In this document: in pieces, positions 38,784-48,680 of the stretch
How positions within the stretch are numbered: position 1 is the first letter of the stretch
Layout: every line of letters starts with the position of its first letter
From: Candidatus Woesearchaeota archaeon
GTDB lineage: Archaea; Nanobdellota; Nanobdellia; SCGC-AAA011-G17; PNOQ01
Length of the DNA stretch: 64,000 nt
Assembly (NCBI GenBank): GCA_018663865.1
Contig: JABJPM010000030.1
Location: forward strand, 117 to 64,116
Direction: 5' to 3'
Translations under genes and position numbers: made by a program
Notes under the pieces: model-generated
Databases searched by the model: none
The model's input: only the letters and a program-made list of their open reading frames with translations
Told to the model about the DNA's origin: nothing

Positions 38784-39428
38784 ATGCGTATGAACAAAAG
38801 AGGGCAATTTTATTTAATTATTGTATTCATATTATCTTTAGCCATATTTGGAGTAACTTATCAAGTGAACAGTATTTCTGAGGCAGTTATTTGGGAGGAT
38901 TTCAATAGTGTTTCTCAAAATTATTTATCTGAATCAACGAAGGTTGCAAATAATGCTGTTAAAGAACATACACTTGTTGCTGACGAATTGGAATTGTTTT
39001 CCACCTCATTTCTAGAATATGCTCAGAAACGAAATCCAAATTTGGGATTGTTATTTGTATATGGGGATAAAGATAACATTTCTATTAAAAATTATTTGGA
39101 TTCTGCAGGGGCCGTCAATGGTGAAAAAATATTTGGAAACAATCAAGAATTTGTACAAGATGTCACAGTGCGAATTGGGGGAAAAGATTTCATTTACAAG
39201 GTCCCAATTACTTCGCAAAATTTTGGTGAAGATTGGAGTGGTCTAACTGTGGATAATAGTCCTTTCAATTTAAGTATCGCTGGAATTTTGCACCCTTTCA
39301 ATTTGACTTCTGGCAATCCAGAATTCAAAGTTATTTTGAGAACTGAAAGTGGAGATCTCAATGAGACGTATGGTTCTGGAGAATGGGATCCTAGTTTTTC
39401 ACCCAATATTCAACAGTTTACAAATTAG
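38784..39428 (+). CDS. Type IV pilin-like protein (class III signal peptide)
   Basis: 'MRMNKRGQ|FYLIIVFILSLAIFGV' N-terminus. Confidence 0.55.
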   Translation: MRMNKRGQFYLIIVFILSLAIFGVTYQVNSISEAVIWEDFNSVSQNYLSESTKVANNAVKEHTLVADELELFSTSFLEYAQKRNPNLGLLFVYGDKDNISIKNYLDSAGAVNGEKIFGNNQEFVQDVTVRIGGKDFIYKVPITSQNFGEDWSGLTVDNSPFNLSIAGILHPFNLTSGNPEFKVILRTESGDLNETYGSGEWDPSFSPNIQQFTN

Positions 39429-39441
39429 AAATATATAAAAG

Positions 39442-39978
39442 ATGGAAAAGATTAAACGAAATATGAAAAGAGGAATTTCACCTTTAATATCGTACATTTT
39501 AATTATTACTTTGTCAGTTAGTATTGGTTTTTTAGTTATAAATGCGTTAACTTCTGAAGTTGATAAATTTGAGATTGATCCGATGGTGGGATATTGCGAT
39601 GATGTAAGTATTTCTGTTGAGGGGGTCTGCCTTAATGGAAGTATGATTAAAGTAAATGTTACGAGTACAGGGTCTTTTTCTGTCCATAAGTTTTCTTTTG
39701 GGAGAGTGACCAATGTTTCTGCCTTGCAATGGTGTGATGTGAATTTGTCTGCATCCCCCTTAGATTTTGGGATTGAGACTATATATGGGATTAGTCGTGG
39801 TGCTGATTTTAATGTTGCTGTGAATGAGTCTACAAAAGCATGTGATTATTTGTATCCCACCTCTACTGCAGGAATTGCAGAAATTAGAGTAATGCCTTGG
39901 ATAAAACCTGAGGGAGAATTAATAAGTTGTAAAAATAAAGAAGTAATAATTAAGGAGGGAATAAATGGGAATTGTTAA
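39442..39978 (+). CDS. Archaeal type IV pilin
   Basis: 'MKRGISPLISYILIITLSVSIGFLV' class III signal. Confidence 0.65.
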   Translation: MEKIKRNMKRGISPLISYILIITLSVSIGFLVINALTSEVDKFEIDPMVGYCDDVSISVEGVCLNGSMIKVNVTSTGSFSVHKFSFGRVTNVSALQWCDVNLSASPLDFGIETIYGISRGADFNVAVNESTKACDYLYPTSTAGIAEIRVMPWIKPEGELISCKNKEVIIKEGINGNC

Positions 39979-40453
39979 TAAAAAAGGAGTTTCACCATTA
40001 GTAGCAAGTATATTGTTAGTTGCAATTGTTATTGTTATCGCATTTCTTGTATTTTGGTGGTATGGGGATTATGTTGCTGAGAATTTAGATAAATCTGGAA
40101 TAACTGCAGATCAAGCATGCATGCAAGATGTAGGATTTAGTATAACTAATGTTAATTGTTTACAAAATTCATTAGATACTAATAAATTAGTGTATTTTGA
40201 TTTAGAAAATACTGGTGACATTGGACTGAGTGCTTTCAAAGTAAGTATTGATGGCAATTTGGCTGATGATGTAAAATCAATATCTCAAGAAGTTAGGGAG
40301 GGTGTAACTAGCAAATTAAGTTTCGAGTATGATTTTGATGTTGTTGGAAATACTTTAACTACTGATATTGTTCCATTGATTTGGGCTGGTGGAGGTACAA
40401 AGTATTGCAAAGATAAAACTCAGACAATAAATGTGGTTTGTTTGTCTGCATAA
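39965..40453 (+). CDS. Archaeal type IV pilin
   Basis: 'NKKGVSPLVASILLVAIVIVIAFLV'. Confidence 0.7.
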   Translation: MGIVNKKGVSPLVASILLVAIVIVIAFLVFWWYGDYVAENLDKSGITADQACMQDVGFSITNVNCLQNSLDTNKLVYFDLENTGDIGLSAFKVSIDGNLADDVKSISQEVREGVTSKLSFEYDFDVVGNTLTTDIVPLIWAGGGTKYCKDKTQTINVVCLSA

Positions 40454-40492
40454 AGGTTAACTTTATATATTTCTTTTTTTATTTTTCTTTTT

Positions 40493-40903
40493 ATGTTTAA
40501 AAAAGGGGTTTCATCACTAATTGCTACTATTTTATTAATTGGAATTACTATTGGATTATCTTTATTGGTTGTCAATTGGGCCAAAGACAGTGTTGAAGAT
40601 CAAACCGATAATCCTGTTTTTGATATTGAAACTAGGGAAATTTGCAGGAGTGCTTTGACGGACTTTGAATTTGTTTTTGAGAGTGTGCGTGTCAATATTC
40701 AAAACAAAGGTCCAAATGATTTTAGTTCTGTTGCAATTCTTTGGACGGCCGAGAATGGTTCAATTGGATATAATTCTTTAACTTCGAGTATTTCTGGATT
40801 TGGATTCGGAAATGCTAGTTCTGATAGTGGAGTGTATTCTGGAGTGAAAGTAATTCCTTATGTTTCTGGATTGGAATGTGATGGATTCTATGTTGAAATT
40901 TAA
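40493..40903 (+). CDS. Archaeal type IV pilin
   Basis: 'MFKKGVSSLIATILLIGITIGLSLLV'. Confidence 0.7.
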   Translation: MFKKGVSSLIATILLIGITIGLSLLVVNWAKDSVEDQTDNPVFDIETREICRSALTDFEFVFESVRVNIQNKGPNDFSSVAILWTAENGSIGYNSLTSSISGFGFGNASSDSGVYSGVKVIPYVSGLECDGFYVEI

Positions 40904-40979
40904 ACCACAATATTTAAATAGATATAATTTTATTTTAGATATAATTATATTTAATTATAATTAAAAAGGAGGTAAGAAA

Positions 40980-41414
40980 ATGAATAATAAAAAAGGAGTT
41001 TCTCCATTAATCGCTACTGTGATGATTGTTGGAATTGTTATTGCTCTATCTTTTTTAGTTACTACTTGGATAACTGGTAGTGTTGAAGATACGATTGATG
41101 ATACTGATTGTGAAATGGAAGCTCAAGAGAGATGTAGTGAATTAACTAGTGCTGTGAAGTTATCTGTTAATGGTGCGGGTAATAAACTTATTGTTTCTAA
41201 TGAGGGTGCAACTGATATAAAGGGATTGAATGTAGTTCATTATGATAAGGATGGAAATTCTAATTCGGGGTCTGAATTTGATCTGAGTGCATATAAATCA
41301 AATATTAATACTAGTATAGGGAGTAGCGATATTGCTTTCAAAGTGTTTATGGTTGGAACTGATGCAGATGAATTATGTAGTGTGGAATGTTCTCCAGTAT
41401 TATTAGAACTATAA
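40980..41414 (+). CDS. Archaeal type IV pilin (recent paralog pair, copy 1)
   Basis: 'MNNKKGVSPLIATVMIVGIVIALSFLVTTWITGSVED'. N-terminal 40 aa and about 75 bp upstream are nearly identical to copy 2. Confidence 0.75.
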   Translation: MNNKKGVSPLIATVMIVGIVIALSFLVTTWITGSVEDTIDDTDCEMEAQERCSELTSAVKLSVNGAGNKLIVSNEGATDIKGLNVVHYDKDGNSNSGSEFDLSAYKSNINTSIGSSDIAFKVFMVGTDADELCSVECSPVLLEL

Positions 41415-41528
41415 TTTTTTCTTTTTTTCTTTAATTTTTTTCTTTTAATATTACCACAATATTCAAATAGATATAATCTTATTTTTTACATATTCATATT
41501 TAATTATAATTAAAAAGGAGGTGAAAAA

Positions 41529-41957
41529 ATGAATAATAAAAAAGGAGTTTCGGCATTAATTGCTACAGTGTTAATTGTTGGAATTGTTATTGCTCTATCT
41601 TTTTTAGTTACTACTTGGATAACTGGTACTGTTGAAAATGATATTGGTAATATTGATTGCGAAATTGAGGCTCAAAATCTTTGTTTAGAATTGACTGACG
41701 ATCTTAAACTTAGTTCTGGTACAAGCGCAGTGATTTTTACTAATGAGGGTCCAACTGATATAAAAAATATCACAATTGTACAATTTGCACTCAATGGGTC
41801 TACAATATCCAGTAATGATCCTTCCGGGATAAATAGTTATTCGAGTCATGCTCAATCAACTGACGCGGGCGCTTTCCAAATGAAGGCATTCATAACGGTG
41901 TTTGGTGAAGATGGGCTGTGTGAAGTTGGTTGTAATCCTGTTACAATCGAAATATAA
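41529..41957 (+). CDS. Archaeal type IV pilin (recent paralog pair, copy 2)
   Basis: 'MNNKKGVSALIATVLIVGIVIALSFLVTTWITGTVEND'. Confidence 0.75.
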   Translation: MNNKKGVSALIATVLIVGIVIALSFLVTTWITGTVENDIGNIDCEIEAQNLCLELTDDLKLSSGTSAVIFTNEGPTDIKNITIVQFALNGSTISSNDPSGINSYSSHAQSTDAGAFQMKAFITVFGEDGLCEVGCNPVTIEI

Positions 41958-42021
41958 TTTTTTCTTTTTTTCTTTAATTTTTTTAGAAAGATATTTAAAT
42001 GAAATTTTTCATTTTTAGTGT

Positions 42022-42531
42022 ATGTATAAGAAGGGTGATATTTGGATTTCTGCAATTTTATATTTTGCTTTGGGCGTCATTCTGTTATCCATAATTTTGG
42101 CTGCAGGTTTGCCGGCCATAACTAAAATGAAAGATGATTTCACTGTTAAGCAAACTAAGGATTTAATGATTAATTTAGATGGGAGTATTAGGACAGTTTA
42201 TCATGAAGGTCCCGGGTCCCAAAGGATTGTTAGTTTGGATATTGGAAGGGGAGATTTTTTTATAAAAGAAGATTTGGAAGTTATTGAATGGAGTATTGAA
42301 AGTTCTGCATTAATTTCTGAAGTTGGGGTGGAAATTCAAGAAGGAAATTTATTCATATTAACAGAGGATTCTGCAGTTAGTGGAAAGTACTTAGTAAATT
42401 TAAAATTAGATTATACGGATGTCAATCTTAATTTATCCTATTCTGGTCCAGAAAGACTTTCTGGAGAGGTTGGATTATCAATTGCAAATGGAGGAGAAAG
42501 CCCGATTAATGTGGTTATGACTCAATTATGA
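42022..42531 (+). CDS. Pilin-like / pilus assembly membrane-anchored protein
   Basis: 'MYKKGDIWISAILYFALGVILLSIILAAGL' N-terminal helix; in-operon position. Confidence 0.45.
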   Translation: MYKKGDIWISAILYFALGVILLSIILAAGLPAITKMKDDFTVKQTKDLMINLDGSIRTVYHEGPGSQRIVSLDIGRGDFFIKEDLEVIEWSIESSALISEVGVEIQEGNLFILTEDSAVSGKYLVNLKLDYTDVNLNLSYSGPERLSGEVGLSIANGGESPINVVMTQL

Positions 42532-44123
42532 AAAAATTACATGAAATGTCAAAAAAAGAATTACCGGATTTACCTAGTAAATCCCATACAGTATTTAATA
42601 TTGAACCAAATACGGTGAAACCAGAGTTTCCAGATGTTAATAAGGAAGAGATAAATTTTAGATATGGTTTATTGAAACCATATGCTTATGCCCACATTTA
42701 TTGGGATGAAAAATTAAAGGAATTGATTTATTATGTTGATGAGCCAGAATTAAATTCAGAAGAAAAAAAAACTCTGATATTATTAGAGGATGGGATTAGA
42801 GAATTAATCAATATCAGTTATCTGAGTCTTGAAAAAGATGAGAAGATGATTGAGTATTTAGAGAAAAATGTTAAAGTTTTGTTAAGCGAATTGAGGATTA
42901 CCCCTCCGCGAGATTCTTTTTTGAAATTAATGTATTATATATACAGGGATTTTGTTGGAATGGGAAAAATTGAACCTTTGCTGAATGATTATTTTATAGA
43001 AGATATAGAATGTAATGGTGCGGGATATCCATTGTATGTAGTGCATAGAAAATATCGAAATATTAAAACTAATGTTATTTACAAAGATGTCCCAGAATTA
43101 GCTAGTTTTGTTGAAAAGTTGGCTCAAAAAACTGGGAAATATGTTTCTTATGCAACCCCCTTATTGGATGGGGCGTTGCCCGATGGATCAAGAGTAAATG
43201 CGACCTATACAGGGGATATCTCTTCTAGGGGTCCGACTTTCACAATAAGAAAATTTACTAAAAATCCTTGGCCACCAACACAATTGATCAAGTTTGGAAC
43301 CATCTCTCCAAATATACTAGCCTATTTGTGGATGGCTGTTGAATATGGGAAAAATATAATGGTTATCGGTGGAACTGGTTCTGGAAAAACAACTTTGCTC
43401 AATGCTTTAACGTTTTTCATCCCTCCTCAAGCAAGAATTGTATCTATTGAGGATACAAGAGAATTAAATTTGGAGCACTCGAATTGGTTGCCTTCTGTTT
43501 CTAGGGAAGGAGTTGGATTGGCAAATCTTGTTGGTCAAAAATATGGGGAAGTAACAATGTTTAATTTACTTAAGGAAAGTTTTAGGCAGAATCCAGATTA
43601 TGTTATTGTTGGTGAGATTAGGGGAGAAGAGGCCTATGTTTTGTTTCAGGGAATGGCATCCGGACATCCTTCTTTTGGTACTATGCATGCAGATTCTGTA
43701 GATACGATGGTTAAACGTTTAGAAACCCCGCCTATTAATCTATCTGCGTCATTGGTTGAAACTATGGATGTTGTGATTTCTATGACTTCCACAAAAAGAG
43801 GTGGAAAATCTGTTAGAAGATTAAAAGATGTTAATGAAATTATCAGTATTGGAAAAGAAGGTGGAAATATTGTAAATAAACCATTTATTTGGAATCCAAT
43901 TAGCGATAAATATGATTATGTGGCAGAATCACATATTTTTAATAAATTGATTAAACAACAAGGATTGAGTGAAGAGAATATTATCCAAGAATGGAAAAAT
44001 AGAACATTGTTATTGATTGCAATGTATAATGCTGGAATGTTTGATTTTCATGAAGTGCAAAAAGTAATCGATACTTATTATAAATCTCCAGATGGGGTTT
44101 TGCATAAATTTGGGATAAAATGA
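42528..44123 (+). CDS. Type IV pilus/secretion ATPase (FlaI/TadA/VirB11 superfamily)
   Basis: Walker A 'GGTGSGKTTLLNAL', 'VGEIRGEE', His box region. Confidence 0.85.
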   Translation: MKKLHEMSKKELPDLPSKSHTVFNIEPNTVKPEFPDVNKEEINFRYGLLKPYAYAHIYWDEKLKELIYYVDEPELNSEEKKTLILLEDGIRELINISYLSLEKDEKMIEYLEKNVKVLLSELRITPPRDSFLKLMYYIYRDFVGMGKIEPLLNDYFIEDIECNGAGYPLYVVHRKYRNIKTNVIYKDVPELASFVEKLAQKTGKYVSYATPLLDGALPDGSRVNATYTGDISSRGPTFTIRKFTKNPWPPTQLIKFGTISPNILAYLWMAVEYGKNIMVIGGTGSGKTTLLNALTFFIPPQARIVSIEDTRELNLEHSNWLPSVSREGVGLANLVGQKYGEVTMFNLLKESFRQNPDYVIVGEIRGEEAYVLFQGMASGHPSFGTMHADSVDTMVKRLETPPINLSASLVETMDVVISMTSTKRGGKSVRRLKDVNEIISIGKEGGNIVNKPFIWNPISDKYDYVAESHIFNKLIKQQGLSEENIIQEWKNRTLLLIAMYNAGMFDFHEVQKVIDTYYKSPDGVLHKFGIK

Positions 44124-45163
44124 AATATGGATTTAAGAAGAAAAATGAAATTGAGAAAGCGATCCCAGTAGATGCAATTCAGATTTCTCAACGTGAAAAA
44201 AAGAAATTTATGAAAGAGTTAAAGTTGGGGGATAAACAAATAAAAAAAGCCCTTAAAAAAGAAACAACAAAGAAAAAAGTTACTGATACGGTAGTTTATA
44301 AAACAAATCCCTATTCGAAATTATCTAATTTTTTTATGGAAAATTTATCGTTTGAAGTTATTAAAAAAAATCCGCCTTATGTCAAACCTTTGTTGAATGC
44401 ATTATCTTCTTCAAATGTTAGAATTCTATCAAGGACATATTTGAGTGTAATTTTATTTACGGCTTTAATTTCATTGCCAATATTTTTAATATCACTATAT
44501 ATATTTACAAAAAGTATTTTGTTATCTTTATTCTTTTCTTTATTTGGCACAGTTTCTGTTTTTGGAATTGTTTATGGATATCCATTCATGATTTCTAATG
44601 ATAGAAAGGTTAAAATTGATCAAGAACTTGTTTTCGGAATTGCACATATGGCTTCGATTGCTGGGTCTGGTGCTCAACCAATAAAAATTTTTAAATTATT
44701 GGTAGATTCAAATGAATACGACGAATTGAAAGAGGAACTAAAGAGGGTTTTAAATTATGTCAATGTTTTTGGACTCAATTTATCAAATGCTTTAAGGGAA
44801 GTTGCAAAATCTACTCCTTCTGGAGACTTGAGAGAGTTGTTTAATGGGATGGTTTCCACAATTGAAACTGGGGGAGATATCAGGCAATATTTGCAAGACA
44901 AATCTTCAGATAGTTTAAATAAATATAGGTTGGATCAGAAGAAGAGATTAGAAACTATCGCAACATATTCTGAATTTTATACTGGGTTTTTGATTGCTGG
45001 CCCATTATTGTTTATTGTTACTTTTGCCATATTGGAAAAAATTTCTCCAGAAGTATCTGGCATTCCTATTGCCTTATTGGCAAAATTGGGAACATTTGTT
45101 TTGTTGCCATTTTTGAATATACTGTTTATATTATTTTTAGAAACTAACCGGAGTGTGTCTTAA
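44120..45163 (+). CDS. Pilus assembly platform membrane protein (TadB/TadC-FlaJ-like), part 1
   Basis: Polytopic membrane protein; overlaps the ATPase stop (ATGA). Confidence 0.55.
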   Translation: MKYGFKKKNEIEKAIPVDAIQISQREKKKFMKELKLGDKQIKKALKKETTKKKVTDTVVYKTNPYSKLSNFFMENLSFEVIKKNPPYVKPLLNALSSSNVRILSRTYLSVILFTALISLPIFLISLYIFTKSILLSLFFSLFGTVSVFGIVYGYPFMISNDRKVKIDQELVFGIAHMASIAGSGAQPIKIFKLLVDSNEYDELKEELKRVLNYVNVFGLNLSNALREVAKSTPSGDLRELFNGMVSTIETGGDIRQYLQDKSSDSLNKYRLDQKKRLETIATYSEFYTGFLIAGPLLFIVTFAILEKISPEVSGIPIALLAKLGTFVLLPFLNILFILFLETNRSVS

Positions 45164-46018
45164 ATGAAATTTAAAACAAGACACGCAATTGGAATATTTG
45201 TTGGTGCATTAATACTGTTATTCGCCATATTTGTATTATATCCTCTTGAATCAAGATGGTTTAAACCTATGTTGGGAATTGCATTTCTTGCAGCAGTCAT
45301 TCAGTTTTGGTTAGATGTCCTTGCTGAAAATAAATCCAACAAAGATGTGGAGGCAAACTTTTTAGAATTTGTTAGGGCGGTTTCAGATGGTGCAAAAACT
45401 GGTATTCCAATTCCAAAAGCAATTACTGAATTAAAAAATAATGATTTTGGTGCATTAACACCATACATAAAAAAATTGATTTATCAAATTGAATGGGGAG
45501 TATCCCTTAGGGAGGCATTTTTGAGGTTTTCAAAAGATACTAAAAATCCTTTGATTAAACGTTCTATGGCAATTGTTATTGAGGCCGAACAAAGTGGAGG
45601 GCATATTGATAAAGTGCTTGAATCCATTACTACTTCTGTTTTGGAAATTAAAAAAATTAAAGATGAACGAAGGGCAAATATTTTCTCTCAAGTTTTGCAA
45701 GGATATTTTATTTTCATAATGTTTGTTGGAATTATGATTGCTTTGCAAGTGTTTTTATTACCTCAATTAACGCAAGTTGGGGGGAGTGTTTTACAAGGAG
45801 TTAGTCTTGAGGATACTGGCGCTTCAGCATCTACTGCGATATATGCAACATCTATTGATTTTAATATGATTTTCACATTTTTGTTATTGATTCAAGGATT
45901 TTTTACTGGATTAATGGTTGGAAAGTTTTCAGAAGGAAGTTTAAAGTTTGGATTAAAACATTCTCTTGTTTTAATGTTTATTGGGTATATGGCATTCACT
46001 ATTGCCGTAGGATTTTAA
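45164..46018 (+). CDS. Pilus assembly platform membrane protein (TadC/FlaJ-like), part 2
   Basis: Polytopic membrane protein directly following part 1. Confidence 0.55.
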   Translation: MKFKTRHAIGIFVGALILLFAIFVLYPLESRWFKPMLGIAFLAAVIQFWLDVLAENKSNKDVEANFLEFVRAVSDGAKTGIPIPKAITELKNNDFGALTPYIKKLIYQIEWGVSLREAFLRFSKDTKNPLIKRSMAIVIEAEQSGGHIDKVLESITTSVLEIKKIKDERRANIFSQVLQGYFIFIMFVGIMIALQVFLLPQLTQVGGSVLQGVSLEDTGASASTAIYATSIDFNMIFTFLLLIQGFFTGLMVGKFSEGSLKFGLKHSLVLMFIGYMAFTIAVGF

Positions 46019-46019
46019 A

Positions 46020-46748
46020 ATGAATAAGAAAGGTTTATCTCATGTGGACTGGGTAATAAGTTTTGGAATATTTGTTATATTTGTTTTGCTGTTATTTATT
46101 TGGTTTGGCCCATCTTTAACAACAGAGTTTTCAGATGAATATTTGGGTGAAATTGCTGTTGAAGGGTTTAAGGATGCTAGCTATCATGAAGTATATAATT
46201 ATCCAATATTTTTTGAAGTTGCTAATGAAGTGCATGATTGCGAGATTAATGTTAAGGGCATGAGTGGTTTAGGAATTAATATTGAGAATATATTTTTGAT
46301 TGATAATAATGATTCTGAGGTGAGCAATGTGACTATTCATAATGATAATTTAATATTTTTGACAAGTGTTAATCCCGGGAGCGTATATGAGTATAATATG
46401 TATGTTTCTGATTATTTTAATAATACTCATCCTTCTGCCAATGGATCCTCGGTTGAATATAATGCGACCCTTGGCGTAGGTGAACGATTATATGGATTTT
46501 CTGAAAAAAGATTTAATGATCTTTCTTCATTAGATTATTCTGATTTTAAAGCGGAATTGAAATATCCTTTAAATAGGGATGCGAGTGTTTATGTTTATGA
46601 TTCTGTTGACTTTTCAACATTATTATTTAATTATAATGTTAGTGAACCTACTGCAGATGATAATGTTTATGTAGTTAGTTGGTCAGATGTATTAATAAAT
46701 GAAAGTGGGGGAATTGAACAAATTACTGTTTTGATCAAAACATGGTAA
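46020..46748 (+). CDS. Pilin-like protein
   Basis: 'MNKKGLSHVDWVISFGIFVIFVLLLFIWF' class III-like N-terminus. Confidence 0.55.
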   Translation: MNKKGLSHVDWVISFGIFVIFVLLLFIWFGPSLTTEFSDEYLGEIAVEGFKDASYHEVYNYPIFFEVANEVHDCEINVKGMSGLGINIENIFLIDNNDSEVSNVTIHNDNLIFLTSVNPGSVYEYNMYVSDYFNNTHPSANGSSVEYNATLGVGERLYGFSEKRFNDLSSLDYSDFKAELKYPLNRDASVYVYDSVDFSTLLFNYNVSEPTADDNVYVVSWSDVLINESGGIEQITVLIKTW

Positions 46749-47119
46749 ATAAAAGGGGATATATACAAACTTTGGAGGCGGTTGTTGCCATACTCATATT
46801 ATTAAGTGTTATTTTATTTTCTATTTCTTTGAGGGGAGTGGATGAACCTCGGGTCCCGGAAGATATTGCATTACTGCAAAAAAATATATTGGGCCAAGTT
46901 CAAAATAATCAGGAATATAGGGATTGTGTTTTTTATGTGGACACTTGTTCAGGATTTTCTAGTTTATTTGATTTAATTCCCGAAACTATTGATAAGAATT
47001 ATACTGTTGATGATTCGGTTTTTATCAAAACAGATGTTAACCTTTATGTTGATAGTGTTATAATTGTCAATGAAACAAATTCTGCCAAGACTTTCACATT
47101 ATATCTTTGGAGAAAATAG
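46742..47119 (+). CDS. Pilin-like protein (minor pilin candidate)
   Basis: 'MVNKRGYIQTLEAVVAILILLSVILFSI'. Confidence 0.55.
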   Translation: MVNKRGYIQTLEAVVAILILLSVILFSISLRGVDEPRVPEDIALLQKNILGQVQNNQEYRDCVFYVDTCSGFSSLFDLIPETIDKNYTVDDSVFIKTDVNLYVDSVIIVNETNSAKTFTLYLWRK

Positions 47120-47180
47120 TTTTGGTATGGAAATCTTTATAAGTTAAGTTTTGTCTACTTTCGAATAAGAGGTTATATAG

Positions 47181-47813
47181 ATGATAAAAAAATTCAAAGT
47201 TATTTTTAATAAATTAATCGGTAGATTATTGCGTAAAAAATCAGGTATTAAATTAGGGTTTTATGGTCCGCCAAATGCGGGTAAAACTACTTTGGCGAAT
47301 CGAATTTGCATGGATTGGATTGGCGAAGAAATGGGGGGTGCATCAAATGTGCCTCATGAAACTAGAGAAATTAAAATTAAAGAAAAAGTTGAAATTGAAA
47401 GTAATGGTAAAAAATTATCTTTTAATCTTATTGATACTCCTGGGATCGCAACACAGATCGATTATGAGGATTTTTTAAAACATAAGATAAGTAAAACTAA
47501 AGCAAAAAAAAGGGCCAAGGAAGCAACAAAAGGAGTCATAGAGGCAATTAAATGGCTTGACGATGTGGATTGTGTTGTTGTCGTTTTAGATTCTACTAAG
47601 AACCCATATTCACAAGTTAATATTACAATAATTGGAAATTTAGCTGCTAGAAATATTCCTGTTTTGATTGTTGGGAATAAAGTTGATTTGAAAGCTTCCA
47701 AATTAAAGAAGATAGAATCTGCATTTCCACAGTACGATGTGATTGGAATTTCTGCCAGTAAGGGCAAAAATATAGAAAACTTTTATAAGGAGGTATTTCG
47801 ATTAGTTAAATAA
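47181..47813 (+). CDS. Small Ras/Arf-like GTPase (archaeal predicted GTPase)
   Basis: G1 'GPPNAGKTTLANRI', G3 'DTPG', G4 'GNKVDL'. Confidence 0.7.
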   Translation: MIKKFKVIFNKLIGRLLRKKSGIKLGFYGPPNAGKTTLANRICMDWIGEEMGGASNVPHETREIKIKEKVEIESNGKKLSFNLIDTPGIATQIDYEDFLKHKISKTKAKKRAKEATKGVIEAIKWLDDVDCVVVVLDSTKNPYSQVNITIIGNLAARNIPVLIVGNKVDLKASKLKKIESAFPQYDVIGISASKGKNIENFYKEVFRLVK

Positions 47814-47814
47814 A

Positions 47815-48201
47815 ATGTTATCTTTTCAATATTTACCTCATAGAGAATATTCCGGCTTGACAACGGATGAAAAATTAAAGAAAGTTTTTCGAATTGTTAA
47901 GAAGGATAAAATTGTGTTAATGCAAGGCAGACTTAAGCCACACGAGGAAGCACAATTAATTGAAAGAACTATGGGTCAGATTACAAAAAATTTTTCAGGT
48001 ATATCTTTTTGTACTATTTTGCCAGAACAAACTGGGAAAGGCAAGAAAAATAAAGATGAGAAAAAGGTTCCAATGATGTTAAAATCTGCATTCTATAATG
48101 CATTTTTAAGAAATAGAGATACATTGACAATAATTGGCCCTGCCAATTTAGTAAAAGAAATAAGGAAAAATCCAAATAGGATTGATCTAATGATGGATTA
48201 A
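47815..48201 (+). CDS. Small conserved protein co-transcribed with the GTPase
   Basis: 1-nt spacing after GTPase gene; 128 aa. Confidence 0.35.
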   Translation: MLSFQYLPHREYSGLTTDEKLKKVFRIVKKDKIVLMQGRLKPHEEAQLIERTMGQITKNFSGISFCTILPEQTGKGKKNKDEKKVPMMLKSAFYNAFLRNRDTLTIIGPANLVKEIRKNPNRIDLMMD

Positions 48202-48202
48202 A

Positions 48203-48574
48203 ATGCCACACCAATGCGTAAGATGCGGAAATTTTCATGAGGATGGAGCAAAAGAGTTATTGAGTGGATGTTCTTGTGGGAGTAAATTCTTTTTCTTTAT
48301 GAGCGATAAAGCTTTGAAAAAAGTTAAAAAAATTTCTACTGAGCTATCTAAAGAAGATCGATTACAAATTGAAGAGGACATAAAAGAAATTGTGGATATT
48401 AAAAAAGATGATGAACCAATAATTTTAGATATAGAATCTGTTAGAGTTATTAAGCCTGGAAAATATGAATTAAACTTGGTTGATTTATTTCGAGGCAAAC
48501 CTGTTGTCTATAAGTACGGTAATGGGAAATACATGATTGACCTTGCATCCGCGTTTGGCGAAGACAAAATTTAG
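48203..48574 (+). CDS. Zinc-ribbon protein co-transcribed with the GTPase
   Basis: 'CVRCGNFH...CSCGSKFF' zinc ribbon. Confidence 0.4.
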   Translation: MPHQCVRCGNFHEDGAKELLSGCSCGSKFFFFMSDKALKKVKKISTELSKEDRLQIEEDIKEIVDIKKDDEPIILDIESVRVIKPGKYELNLVDLFRGKPVVYKYGNGKYMIDLASAFGEDKI

Positions 48575-48680
48575 GTCCGTTGGGGCTCCTTCTAATCGAA
48601 TTCAGAGTTACCAAAAGATTTATAAACCGTTCACAACTGTCCAATTGTAACATATTTATTAACTTATGGAGGGTTAAAAG

